A DNA stretch of 63,011 nt, counting the filler, from Klebsormidium nitens (taxonomy: Eukaryota; Plantae; Klebsormidiophyceae): the NCBI GenBank assembly GCA_000708835.1. It is 7 parts of 7 records of this genome, joined end to end, with 100 filler letters (N's around TTAATTAATTAA, not from the genome) between each part and the next. Parts side by side here need not be neighbours in the genome. Positions count along the whole stretch, not along the records: positions 41,476 to 57,992 come from DF237986.1; positions 58,093 to 60,466 come from DF238702.1; 5 more parts are not named here. One strand, 5' to 3'. The position numbers were made by a program, and so were the translations under genes. The notes below the pieces were generated by a model that was given only the letters and a program-made list of their open reading frames with translations, made no database searches and was not told where the DNA came from. Positions 45,601 through 58,112 of this stretch are shown one piece after another. Position 1 is the first letter of the stretch. Each line of letters starts with the position of its first letter.

Positions 45601-48600
45601 CAGGCTGCTAGCGGCAGCAGCATCTTTGGGCAGACGACGGGCACCTTTGGCACCGGCGGGGGCTTCAACACGGGCGCCGCTACCTCCGCGTCTGCTTTTG
45701 GCAGCACTTTCGGCAGTAAGTGGACAGCTGAAAAGGACGTCCACTGTTGCAACGATTTGCAGTGCAGAGGATATCGGGGCTGCAATCTGACGGGTTGAAC
45801 ATGCAGCAAGAGGGAGCTTGCAAACCAAGCGAGCTCCCTCGTGCTTAGCGACCGACTGCGAAACGCTGTTGACGGCATCGTTCATGGCACACCTGTCGTT
45901 GAGTATCTTGATTCTCCCTATTCGTCTCCACACCATGTGCTGGGTCTGTTTTCAGGTCATGACCTGGTCCGCTTCCTCTCTGCAGGTTCTCCTTTCGGAG
46001 CCCCATCGACCACCCCGGCGTTTGGCGCCCCCACGAGCTCCTCCATCTTTGGGCAGACGACCACCCCGTCCCTCTTTGGCGGCCAGACGGGCAGCGCATT
46101 CGGCTTCAATGCAGCACAGACCGGCACCAAGGCGGCAGGTAATGGCCCCTACTTCTTCTCAAGTGGCATGGCTGAGCTGAAGCCATGTGGTTCCTCCTGC
46201 AGATTTCTTAAGGCTGTTTCTACTTGTAACAAACAATATGTGCCTGGAATCTCTGTTTCGGCACTTTGTTTCGCGAATGCTGCTTTATGGCTGTCCTGAC
46301 TGGGGGTGAGTCTGAGCTTAGAATCCTGAATATCTGGGCCGCCGATCATGCAGGGCCTCAAACTGCTGAGCGAACATGGGTTTCGATTTGCCCAGGTTAT
46401 ATCATCTTGAGCCTTTCGCATACAGTGAACGCCCTCTGACTTGTCCTTTTTTCTCTTTTCGCAGGCCTTACTCTGACCATGCCTAGCACCTCTGGTGGCC
46501 TCTTTGGCCCCCAGCAGCCCAGCGCCGCCCCCGGCTTCGGAGGCAGCATCTTCGGCGCTCCTTCTCAGCCAACGCAGACCAGCATCTTTGGCGGGGGGGG
46601 TGGGGCCTTTGGGGCGCCCCAGGCGGGTGCCAGCCCCTTCAGCTTCTCCACGCAGCCGGCCGGCGCTTCCCCGTTCAGCTTTGCCCCCCAGCCGCAGCAG
46701 CAACAGCTGGGGGGGGTGCAGCCCACTCTGCAGCCCAGCCCTGTGGCAGCCCCCTACGGGACTCTCCCCGCCATGCCGCAGATCAGCATCACGCGCACCG
46801 GGGGGGGCTCTCCCGCTGTTCAGTATGGCATCTCGAGCCTGCCAATGGCGGATCGTGCCCCCCCCGCGGTGCGCACGACCAGCATGCTCACCCCGCGCCA
46901 CATCACACCGCGCTCGCGGATTCGGCTGCAGGCGCGCAAGGTCGCGCCGCGAGTCTCTCCAGGGGGGAAGGCCGGCTTCTTTGGGGAGGCTTTGGAGCAG
47001 TCCCCCATTGCGCGAGCGGACGTGCTATTTGCCCCCCGGTTGGATAACCCGCGCACGCTGTTCATCCGGGAGCAGACGGCGGACTACAGCCTCAGCCCGG
47101 GGTCCATCAACGGGGAGAACCCCGTGAAGCGGCTGACTAACGGGGAGACGCCGCAGAAGCAGCTGACGGCAAACGGAGAGACTCCGGCAAAGCGCTCGGA
47201 GGCAGCGAGCCCCTCCACGCCCGGCGGCCAGTCCACTCCGGGGGGGCAAGCAGCGAGCCCGATGTCTCAAGGGGGCGAGACTCCTGCAGAACGGACACCC
47301 CCGCGGAATGGCGAGACGCCCAGTCCGGCGAAGCCGCAGGAGAAGGGGAAGCAGCCCGTGAGAGAGGAGGAGAATGGGAGGGCGGAGAGGAGCGGGGCGG
47401 CAAACGGGGCTCACGAGGGGGTGCTCCCGAAGCTGCGGTCGGCAGACTATTACACGGAGCCGAAGCTGGCGGAACTGGCGGCGAAGGAGCGAGCGGAGAA
47501 GGGGTATACACGGCGGGTGCCCAATTTCACGGTAGGGCGCAAGGGCTTCGGCAGCGTGCGCTTCCTGGGCGAGACGGACGTGCGTGGGCTCGACCTGGAG
47601 GAAATCATCATTTTCAACGACAAGGAAGTCATTGTGTATCCGGACGAGGACAAGAAACCGGAAGTGGGCGAGGGGCTAAATCGCCCCGCTGAAGTGACGG
47701 TTCTGAACGTGAAGCGATTTGACAAGAAGACAGGGGAAGCGATTACCCAGGGACCAGCGCTGGACCGCTTCGAGCGCATCCTGCGTGAGAAGACGGCGGA
47801 GCAGGGGGCGACGTTCATCGGGTGGAACCGCGAGAAGGGGGAGTGGAAGTTCCGGGTGGAGCACTTCAGCAAGTACGGGCTGTACCTGGACGACGAGGAT
47901 GACGACCCCGACGAGGACATGACGTCAGCGCAGGAGAACGGGCGGGCGCCTGCGGAGGCGGAGGGCTCTGAGCTGACGTTTGGCGGTGCGCAGGGGCTGC
48001 GGGGTGGGGAGGAGCAGGGGGAGGTGCTGAGCGCGGGGGCCGGCGCGCTGGCACACTCTCTGCCGAGCCAGTTGGGCTTGGATCCCGTCAGAATGAATCA
48101 GATGCGCGCCACGCTGTTTGCAGAGGACGAGGCTGAAGCCGCCCGCCGCCAGCGCTTCATGCGCACCCCGGCCGCCGCTTTCCCCACCCCTAGTTTTCCC
48201 ACGATGATGACCCCCGAGCGCGAACCAACCCAAAGGGAAGAGGCGGAGGACGGAGGTGGCCGGCCCCTGGCAGTGTGGCAGCGCAAAAGGGCGTTCCACA
48301 GTGGCGCGGCCGGTCCAAGCCCGGCCAGAAAAACTGCGCCGTTGGCAATCACGGGTCACGGGCCGGAGGGAGCCCCTCCAAAGCGTGCTCGAGTGGCGGT
48401 CGGCTTTGTGGAAGAGGAGGCGCCGGAAGCGGCGGCGGAGCACAGCAGAGCCGGGGTCGACGCCGGGCTGTTCTTGGGGCGGTCGTTTCGCGTCGGGTGG
48501 GGACCGGGGGGCGTGCTGGTGCATGCGAGCGGGGCCAGTGCGAGCGAAACTGAGAACCAAGAGCAGCAGAAGCCGCTTTCCTCCCAGGTTCGAGTCGAGC

Positions 48601-51600
48601 AGGTGGCCCTGAACGCTGTCCCTGACGTGGAGGACTGGTTCGTGACCCCGCTGCAGATCCACCGCAGCCACGCGGTGCAGGAAGAAGGGGCGGGCGCGCG
48701 CAGGATGGCGATGCAGTGCGGGCGCGACGAGCTGGGGCTGCTGTGCGAGTACTACAGCGAGATCGCCAGGAACCAGGCGCAGCGAGAGGACGCTGACGTC
48801 ACCGCCCAAGTGGTCGCTCTTCAGGAGCAGGCGGTATGGCGTCTCGTGGAAGTGCTATTCGCAGAGAAGGGCGGTGCGGCTGCCATGGGGGCTGCGGGCG
48901 AAAACGACGATGAAGAGATGGAGGGGGAGGGGCCGCCGGCAGCGGTGGGGTTTGAGGGGCTGGAGGCCGCGTCGATGGAGGACGAAGAAGTGCGCGAGAT
49001 GGGGCGACGCGCGGCGCTCAGCGCGTGGATCCGCGAAAACGCGCGTCCCAATTTGGAGCGGGACCTGGACGAGATCGAGGTGGCTGCTGACAAGAAGGGC
49101 AAGCGCCCGGAAGGTGCGGCGTCAGGGGGATCCCCCATGAAAGAAGTGCTGACGCACCTGACTGCTCGCAACCTGGAAGATGCAGTCGGGGTGGCGGTCG
49201 CGGCAGGGGACGTGCGCCTGGCCACGCTCATTGCGCAGTCGGGTGGGAGCGTGGAGGAGCGTGATGACGTGGCGCGTCAGGTGACAGCATGGCGAGAACT
49301 CGAAGCAGACCAACACATTGACGAAGACCGTTTACGGGTCTACAAGCTGCTGGCGGGGGACGTGGACGGTGCTCTGCAGGGGGCTCTCCCGGTTGACTGG
49401 AAGCGTTACCTGGGGCTCTTACTTTGGTACAAACTGCCCCCCAACGCGTCAACCCCGGAAATCGTGGCTGCCTACAAGGCAGCCTGGACCGCGCAGGCGA
49501 GCCCCGTGCCGGCCCCGCTGCCGCTGTACGTGGAAGAAGGGCCGCGCTTGGATCTGCCGCCACCCAAAACCGAGGCGGCGTTTGACACCAGCTACTACCT
49601 GCTGCTGCTATACGGGGCCGGCGGGGTCGACCTGGCGTCAATGCAGAAGATGCTGCGCAGCGCGAGCGCCACGCCCGACTGGCTGGACCACCGCCTCGCG
49701 TGGCACCTCTACGGTGTGCTCTCAGCGATCGGCATTCCGCTTCCCGCGAGCGCGGAAGACCTGCACATGAGCTTTGCGGCGCAACTAGTGGCGGCGGGGC
49801 TGTGCGAGTGGGCGGTGTATGTGGCGCTGCACATCGAGGATGCGGGCCTGCGCGAGCGCGCCGTGAAGGAGCTCCTGGAGCGGCACTGCGAGGAGTGGGC
49901 CGGGGACGACGAGAAGGAGGCGCTCCTGGAGGAGCTCAACATCCCAGCGGAATGGATGCACGCAGCGCAGGTAAGGTTATGGTGGAAACGATTCGCGACG
50001 TTCACAACATCGGGTATTCCTTGGGGCCCGAGGCGGTTTCATCTTTTGTACTAGCCCTGCCAGAACGTTACTATTGTCAATCTGATGTGCGCATTCTATG
50101 GGCACTGTTCACTTTGGTTCCTTGTCCACTTCAGCTCAGATAGGCTTGGAGCTCGGGCTACTTAAACCTTGACGCTGTTCCCAACCCAGGATGGGACGCC
50201 CTATCAGTTTCCGGTATTCTGACCGTTGTCTTCCCACCTCTGCTCGCAGGCCCAGCTGTGCCTGGCATCTCGTGACGAGGGCGCGGCCCTGGAGCACCTG
50301 ATCGCCAGCGGCCAGGCCGGGCCCGCCCACCACCTGCTCATGACCGCTGTCGCACCCCAACTCTTCGTCCAAGGTACGCTCACAAACTGGAACAGCTGGT
50401 CGATGCAGCACAAAGATTCCAGCATAAAGATTGTTTTCGTCTTGCTTTTTTCACAACCTGCCGATTATTGTCCCAAAGGGTTCTTTTGCACGTCTGCTCC
50501 TTCTCTTCTTGCTGACGCGATTTCGCCATTCCTTTGTGATTGCCTTCCAGTCCGCGGCATCATTCGATCTCGTGTGTCTACTTGCAGGGACCCACGAGGT
50601 GCTCATTGCCCGTGTCGAGGCGCTGTCCTCTTTGTCGACCAGCATCGCAGACTGGCCCCGGGGTGGCCAGCTGTATCTGGACTGCTACAACCTGCGCCAT
50701 GCGCTGACAGCGGAGGTAGACGAGAGGCCGCCCGAATTGGTGAGAAAGCCGCTTGGCCGATTGTTGGGTCCGCACTTGGCACGTTCTGTCGTTCCGTTAT
50801 TGCAGCTAAGAGATAATTGCCCTTTTGTCGAGGTTAGAAAGCAGTGCGGCAGTCATCGGTCACTCCTCAGGTTCGAGGAAGTACTATTTTCGTTGATAGC
50901 GTTTGCTTTCTTTGGTCCCACCTCTTTCGATGAAACGCGAGCTTTCAAACGATTACTTGCGAGTCCTGTGCCGAGGGGCTTGCTTCTCCAAATGCTTTTG
51001 GAATGTGCTGACCTGCAGACTATGTGCAATCCACACCCACTGACTCTGTTCGTGTCTTTCTCCTCGCAGGTCGGCTTGGAGCAGCGCACCGCCGCTTGCG
51101 AGTCCCTCTTCACACGCATCGCCCAGGCCCGTGTGCTCTGGGCAGGGGGCAGCGGTGACCGCTACCTCAGGTACGTAGACGGCTAATACTGGTGATTCAC
51201 TGGCAGCCGCACAGAGCGTTGTCTGGCCGGTCCAGCCGCGGGGGTGCGTCCAGTATCTCACATACTTGCCCCACCTATTCCGTTGCGCATCTCCTGACAG
51301 TATCCATGTTACATGCTCGAGAAGCCTTTCCGTATCTGAAGCTCTCGTCGGTCCCCTTGGCCTGGAACCGATGTGACTTGCTGTCGGTTACAGAGCACTC
51401 TCTGCGCTTTCTTCCGGAGGCCGACTCATACTGCCTTTCAGAGCAGTCCTGGGTCTGCTGTCGACAGTCACCCCGGTTTGTGACAACGACTTTCTTTCTT
51501 TCTTTGAGTGCAGGCTGGTGTACGGCCGCATGGCCGACGACCTGTCCCGGCTGCTCCGTGCGGACACCGAACAGAGCGCGCCCACCGAGTCCCTGGCGGC

Positions 51601-51712
51601 CGCGGCATACACGGCTCTGCTCCGTACTCCGGCACCCCAGGACGTGCGCGCGTGCAGGGCCCACGACGCAGTGGCGCACTTCACGCAGTGGCTCGCGGAG
51701 CCGGTTGCATGA
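42626..51712 (+). CDS. NUP98-NUP96: Fused nucleoporin NUP98-NUP96 precursor (FG repeats, GLEBS, autopeptidase with HFS site, Nup96 body)
   Basis: Starts MFGATSG, then FG-rich exons and the GLEBS motif FQSITSMKEYANKSVEELRAEDY. Then LPKL..ADYYTEP..VPNFTVGRKGFGSVRF and WKFRVEHFSKYGL (47,862-47,870). DAGLFLGRSFRVGWGPGG and LCEWAVYVALHI follow in one continuous exon ORF (46,479-50,054). Confidence 0.95.
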
Positions 51713-53560
51713 GCAATGTCAACGGGAAGAAGCGAATGAAAGAGCCGCAAAGCGGCCTTAGCACAAAATCTCTCCTAGAGGAGAGGGTTTTGATCATGAA
51801 TCGAATCCTAGGATGCTATGTGTAGGATGCTGAATGCTGATGCGATATGTTCATGACTGGATTGTTAGGTTGAAGTTGGTTGCATTGTTGAATCTGCTCA
51901 GTGCCCCACGTGTAGTGTTGAACGCTGATAGGTTCAAGTGGTAGTTCAATTCTTAGTCCTGAAAGATGCGTAGGAACCTGCTAGCTTGAATCAACTTGCC
52001 ACATTGTATTCTGCCAGATGCTTCCTGTCTGCTGATTGATTGTGCCCGACCATTGAATAGTAATCCTCATTCATGCTTTCCAAAGTTTCTTGTCATAGTG
52101 TGTAACATTTGTGAGATGTTCTCCCCCGGGTCACCAAAGTGCTAGCGTAGATAAAATCTAACTCTCTGGAAAACTCACCAAAGACATTGCGGCCCCGCCG
52201 GCCACAGTGAACGGAAAATTGGAATGACGTACCGTGCCAGTTTATTGCGATTGTGTGAATGATTAGGGCCCACCGCGGCACCGCCATTCAGATCGTGCCA
52301 GTACATGCATATGGACTAGTTCGAATCGTTGGCGCTAGGTCAACAGCGCTATGTCACTGCTTATTGAAGCATATGCTGGCACGATATCCGGGGCGGGCTT
52401 ACGCACCGACGGTTGCAAAAATGACGGCCATGCGCGTTCGATATGCCACTGGACACCTTTGTTATATATATTGCATAGTATAAGATATGCATGCATTGAG
52501 AATTCACGCGCGGCCTTTCAAATCGATCATGGCCGTCAATGATGTGCATGGGCGGCAGCGGCCATGAGCGGAAGGGGACGAACTATACCGTCCCGGCGCC
52601 AATTAAGTCATACTATTAGTACTATATGAGAATCATTGAATCTCCGAGTCTCGATCTGATGGACCGCGCGGCCGCGGCTCTGAAGCCTGTATACTTTTGG
52701 CGCATCGGTATAAAATGATCAACCGGTACCGCCCTATATAGACACGGACAACCAGACTCCAGAGTCGAGGGCCCGAGGCCCCGGCCAAGGATTCCGACCC
52801 GGGCGGGATAACCAGATGGTGTCGATACCCGGCCTGAACCTCTGAAACCCTCGGCTACTAGGCACAAGCCGCGCGCGGCCGTGCTGCGGCAATGGTGCCA
52901 GGCACTGAAGCAGGGGTAACGCACCCCCATTTCGTCGAACTGATGGACTATAATCTAACTTCTAAGTGATTGTCACGTCACTAGTTGCTAGCGCTGTACC
53001 AAATGGAATCTAACTCGCTTTTCTATTCTGACCATTCAAAGCCGATTGTACTTTGATTACATTATCATTCTAGACTTTGATCTAGCTGAGTAGAAGCGGC
53101 TACGTTGCAGTGGGCATCGTTTGCTTGCAGCCACCTAATCGCAAATTTGCCGGCAGTGTCTGCGAATAGTCCTCTCCTTAACGTGATTGCAATGGCACCA
53201 ACTCGATCTTCCAGCTGGGACCAGCTCGCCGGGGAACACTCGACCCACCACTTCCTTTACTTCTCCTCCAGAACCTTCAGAAAAATCTACCTCTCATCAC
53301 TCCCAGGATTCAGCTGACTGGCTATGGAAGACCAAGTACAAGATTGCGGTGGGCGCCGCAGTGGGTGGTCTCGCGTTCTTTGCTCTCTTCCGGTACCACG
53401 TGTGCACCCCCAGCCAGTACCTGGTCAAAACGGGGCTGGGCATCCCGGACATGGCCATCGCGCGCAAGACAATGCAGTGGCCCTGGCAGGAGGTACGCAC
53501 TTGGCGCTCTCATGATTGTTTGTGCCTTCGATTCGAAGCTTGATGCAAGATCAGTACATC

Positions 53561-54434
53561 CGCACAGGCCAGTTATATGAGGTTGGGGCCCTCCGGACAA
53601 TTGGAGGGTCCGTCTGTCATTCGACCGGTCAACCTCCGGTCAATCTCCGGTCAAATGACAGAGAATTCTGTCGCGCGTCCGGTCGGAAGTTGAATTACTG
53701 AACCAAAATTTAAAACCGGCGAAATTGCTCGTTATTTTCGGCGAGTCTGCGGCGGAAAATCACAGCCGGAAAAATAACAAAACTTGGTCATTTTTTTGCG
53801 GGCAATAAGATCGATGGAACAGCTAACCCTCCCGGCCTCAGGCAGCCCTAATTACCGTAGTCCAACGTGATGATTCCGAACAAATAAATAATTATTTGCG
53901 TTCGGAAAGTCAAAAATTCGGATTTCCCATTCGGAAAGTGAAAATTCGGAAAGATAAAATAATCCTGAAATGGTCCTCGGAAGCCGTGAAAATGCCAAAA
54001 ACAGCCAAAAACTCCCATTTTGAGTGAGACCATAGGGCATTCGGATTTTGGTCGGAATCAGCATAAACATTTCTACTTTCCTGGTCGGATTGATGGAAAA
54101 TAATTCGAAATAAAATCGTTCGGAATCATCACGTTGGACTACGGTACCCTCTGGTCAAGGCCGGGAGGGTTAGGTGTTCCGTTTGTCTTATTGCCCGCAA
54201 AAAAATGACAAAGTATTGTTGTTTTTCCGCCTGTGATTTTCCGTCGCAGACTCGCCGAAGATAACGAGCATTTCGCCGATTTTAAATTTTGACTCGGTAA
54301 TTAAACTTCCGTCCGGACGATCGACAGAACTCTCCCGACTCCTCCGGTCAATTGTCCTGACGATCTCCGGTCAAATAATAGACCTACCCTCCAATCGTCC
54401 GGAGGGCCCCAACCTCATATAAGTAGCCTGTGCG
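53561..54434. mobile_element. Non-autonomous TIR/foldback element in flotillin intron 1: outer ~49-bp TIRs, inner ~220-bp inverted arms (53,661-53,878 / 54,120-54,334)
   Basis: CGCACAGGC..TTATATGAGGTTGGGGCCCTCCGGAC.ATTGGAGGGT matches the reverse complement of 54,386-54,434. The inner arms match, e.g. TACCGTAGTCCAACGTGATGATTCCG against CGGAATCATCACGTTGGACTACGGTA. Confidence 0.85.
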
Positions 54435-54641
54435 CTTTTCAGCTCATGAATCAGATATGCAGGCGCACACCTGGCAATCATTCTTAGACACCTTGGCAGA
54501 CGTATTTGTGACTGACTTGTAGGTGAATAGGGGACGGTTTGTGAACATTGTAACAAATGCGCTTGTCACCTTCCGAGCTGCCCTTCTCATGGGGAAAGCG
54601 ACTCCTTTCTGTGGCAGAAACTTGAGAGAAGAAGAGCCCGT

Positions 54642-55167
54642 CCACGAGGTGGCAACTCAAGTTTTAAAACACCCCGTGTTTTATTCATCTTAATTTTTAA
54701 ACACCGCACAAAATTACAAGCGCTGAGGTTTTATTCGTAACCAACGGATAGAGCTCGTCAAGAGGCGCCTAAAACACCCCTTATTTTAAAAATGGACCCC
54801 CCCCCCTGAGTTTTAAAACAACTTTAAAACGGAATAAAACAGCTAAAACAGCCGCAAGACATGTGCGTCCAAGATGAGGCTCAAAACATCTCTGTTTTAA
54901 AAACAGCAAAACAACTAAAACGTTTTAAAATGCCTTCTTCTTAACATATCCGGCTTTTATTTGCGATAAGCTGATTGCTTTCAATCTGGATGGATGTAAT
55001 ACGTGCACGAAAACCAAGAAAAGCCTATAAAACGTAAATAAAACGTCTTCGGGGCGCTTTTCAACCATTTTAAACGTTTTAAAACAGTTTTAAAACGGTC
55101 GAAGCAAGCCAAACGAGGTGTTTTACTCCGCACATGACATGTTTTAAAACGGGAATTGCCACCCCGG
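54642..55167. mobile_element. hAT-like MITE (526 bp) with 8-bp target-site duplication
   Basis: TIR GGTGGCAA(C/T)TC..GTTTTAAAACA at both ends. The flanks are GAGCCCGT (54,634-41) and GAGCTCGT (55,168-75). The interior is AT-rich with repeated TTTTAAAAC. Confidence 0.8.
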
Positions 55168-58092
55168 GAGCTCGTCCTACAATTTCGTTGAAAAAGAAAA
55201 ACCGGAAAAAGAGTAACGTGCCTGGTTCTCATGCGGCTCCCAGGTGCGCACGTACAACATGGCCCCGCTCAACTACTCGTTCCACCTGAACAACAATATG
55301 TCCTCCGAGATGGTGCCCTTCCGCCTCCCAGGTAAGCGGCGCGCGGCGTCACGTTGGATGACGGACTCCAGCTTGCGTGAAGGAGGTTGATTCAACCAAA
55401 GTTTTCTGAACGTTGTTAGTGAGGACATGACCAACCGCAAGACAGGGTCTCACGAGGGTCAAAGTGTTGTTGATACGGATTTACATGCAGCCAAAAAACG
55501 TCCAGGAGCAAAAGCGCTCAAGGCAAAGCTTCGAGAACTCGCACCCAGTGTATGTGCTCAGCAGGGGCCTGCTGGCTGCTCGTAAAGATCTGCAACATCA
55601 GGCAGCGCATTCCGACTGTCAACCAGAACGAACTTCCGCTCACGCTGGAGGCAGAAATGTTACTAGATGTAGCTTCACTCGCAGCCACTCGCCTGCTTCC
55701 ACGAATGAAAAGACCTCGCTTTGACATCCGCTGCATAAAGTCTTACCGTGAACCTCGCTCAAGTCGATGCAAGGCTTCCGTCGTGTTTTGGGGACTCTGT
55801 CTTACGGTTGGCCCCGAAGAGGGCCTGGCCTTCGTTTCAAACGCGCTTTCTGACTATAGAAGCGTTGCTGACGTGTGCCCCGCAGTGAGCTTCACGATTG
55901 GCCCCAAAGATCCACGCGAGGACTTGGAGGGCTTCAAGACGTATGCCACCAAGCTGGGCGACCTGCCGCCGGAGAAGGTCGAGGCCACCATCGGGGGGGT
56001 CATCCACGGTGAGGCCGCGCACCCCTGAGACGGAGCACTCTGGGGGTTTATTTTGATATTTTGTTTTGAGGACTGGCATTAGGCATTCAACAGGGTCGAC
56101 AGCTTTGTCTGACAAACGAGGATTTCAGAAGGAGCTGGGAATCGAAATGCAGGCGACCGATCCTGCTTGGTCTGTATGAGGAAAGGCTACGCGCTAGACA
56201 ATGAGCTTGTAATTGCTGGAGCCAAATCAACTCGTTCTCCGAAGCGGGACGGTAAACAGATTTAAGTTTCTGGCTTTACCCCATTTGTCTTCGACGCTTT
56301 GGTTATTTGCACTGGACGGTGCTCAGACGTGCGCGGCGGAGGCGAAGGCCGTGAACCCGTGTTCGTGTAGAAATGGAGAAAGGAAACGAAGCCCACTTTT
56401 CATTTGTGTAGGCGAGACTCGCGTCTTCTCCGCGGGTTTGACCATCCGGGAGATGTTCGAGGACCGCGAGAAGTTCAAGCGGACGGTGCAGGACAAGATC
56501 CAGCACGACATGAACGCCGTGAGCGCCTTCCGCACTCTGCGACTTAGAAGCTTGGACCGAGCGCAATCCTCGAATTTTCCTGCTCCCTCCAACTCATTGG
56601 CCAGACATTCTACCTTATTGTGGTCTCACTTGCGTTCCATCTCACGTCCAGAATCGGCCGCAGCGTTTCATGCAGCATCAAAACGTTTCCGGTTAGAAAC
56701 TTCCAAGCAACGAGCATTTGTCTGGGCGACTGAATGCATCTTGCAAAGACTAATGCTCACGAACGGTTGGAACACTTTTTGTGCCGCTCGCTCACATCGA
56801 CCTCATTAGCAGAAGTTAAGATGAACGATTGCTCAGCTTATCAGGCTTCGAAGTATCCACCGAGGCTGAACTTTCAGTGTGATGATTTGTTGCCAGCTAT
56901 TTTTCAAAATCTTTTGAAATGGCGTCGACGGGCGTACGTCGCTTCAAGGACTTGAACTTTAGACTCCCTCGAGCTAGAATTCACAAGTCTCACATTGCGT
57001 GGCTGGCTGCTGCCTGCAGTACGGCTTGAAGATTTACAACGCCAACATTGCGGAGATGGCGGACCAGGACGAGCAGACGCGCTACTTCCAGAACTTGCGA
57101 CAGAAGGCGCTCGAGGGGGCCAACACCGAGATGCGCATCCAGGTCAGCGCGCGCGCGTCCAGGCGCACACCTTCTTTAATGGAATGGGCACTAGACGCTA
57201 GATTTGTAATATTCTGTGCCCAGACGGACGGTTGAAGCAGTCCCTTACGGCCGATCCGACTTCCCGCGTTGGGCCGATGCCTCGCGCACATTCTCTGAGA
57301 CTCCAGCTTACACCTTAGAGCTGCCGTCTTGAAGCACCTTTCTTTGACGTCAACTCTGAACAGACTAGCAATGATGCCGTCTCCTAGCTTGTCTCTACCC
57401 GCTTTCTTAATTCTTTTCCTTAGGTCGCCGACGCGCGCATGAAGGGCGACATCGGCGAGCGCGAGCGGCAGTCGCGCGCAGCGCAGGAGGTGGCGCACAT
57501 CGAGGCGACGATAGCAGAACGCAAACGCGCAGCGCGTCGCGCACTCCGAGAAGGACCTCGCCATCGTACGCGCGCAGTGCGAGCGCGAGCGGCTGCTGGC
57601 AGAGATCGACGTCAGCATGGCGACGGACAAGCGCAAGGCGGAGCTGGAAACGGAGGTGGATCGCGCGCGCACCGCGCAGCAGATTGCGTACCTGCAGTCC
57701 ACGCAGGTGAGGGCGCGGCGAGAAGGAAGCAAACACGGAGTTGATGATAAGGCACGAGAAGAGAATGTGGCATTGCAAATCGTCCGAAACTTGTCAGTTT
57801 TGATTATTGAGAGCGACGTAGTCAGAGCACAAGCGCGCACGTCCGCGTTTTCCGACGCCCAGCCGTCAATTCGACCCTTCTTTCGAGGGGCAGAGCTTGC
57901 CGGGTTCTCTGATCCTTCAAAAGTTTCGGCTCTGATCTGCAACGGACGAACTAATGTAGGATCAAAAGTACTGGCTCTGATCTGCAACGGTGNNNNNNNN
58001 NNNNNNNNNNNNNNNNNNNNNNNNNNNNNNNNNNNNTTAATTAATTAANNNNNNNNNNNNNNNNNNNNNNNNNNNNNNNNNNNNNNNNNNNN

Positions 58093-58112
58093 AACAACGC
58101 TGTGTTTCAACA
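58093..58112 (+). repeat. 3' end of LTR-like repeat A emerging from gap
   Basis: AACAACGCTGTGTTTCAACA is identical to the end of the 10,466 copy. Confidence 0.7.

Larger units (their letters stand above)
53320..57706 (+). pseudogene. Flotillin-like (SPFH) gene; start unresolved, 2-nt frameshift in exon 6, 3' end missing before gap
   Basis: Exons: YHVCTPSQYLVKTGLGI..QWPWQE | YNMAPLNYSF..MSSEMVPFRLP | VSFTIGP..GGVIH | GETRVFSAGLTIREMF | YGLKIYNANI..YF | VADARMKGDIG. Exon 57,424-57,706 is 283 nt between phase-0 junctions. Confidence 0.85.

Noticed and set aside
47925-48809. 294-aa antisense ORF, and similar ones at 46,149-46,901, 57,082-57,987 and 13,657-14,439
   Set aside because: Shadow ORFs opposite GC-rich coding exons or TE ORFs; no motifs of their own.
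57918-57990. Short direct repeat TCAAAAGT..GGCTCTGATCTGCAACGG twice before the gap
   Set aside because: Only two ~29-bp copies at a contig end; no function can be inferred.
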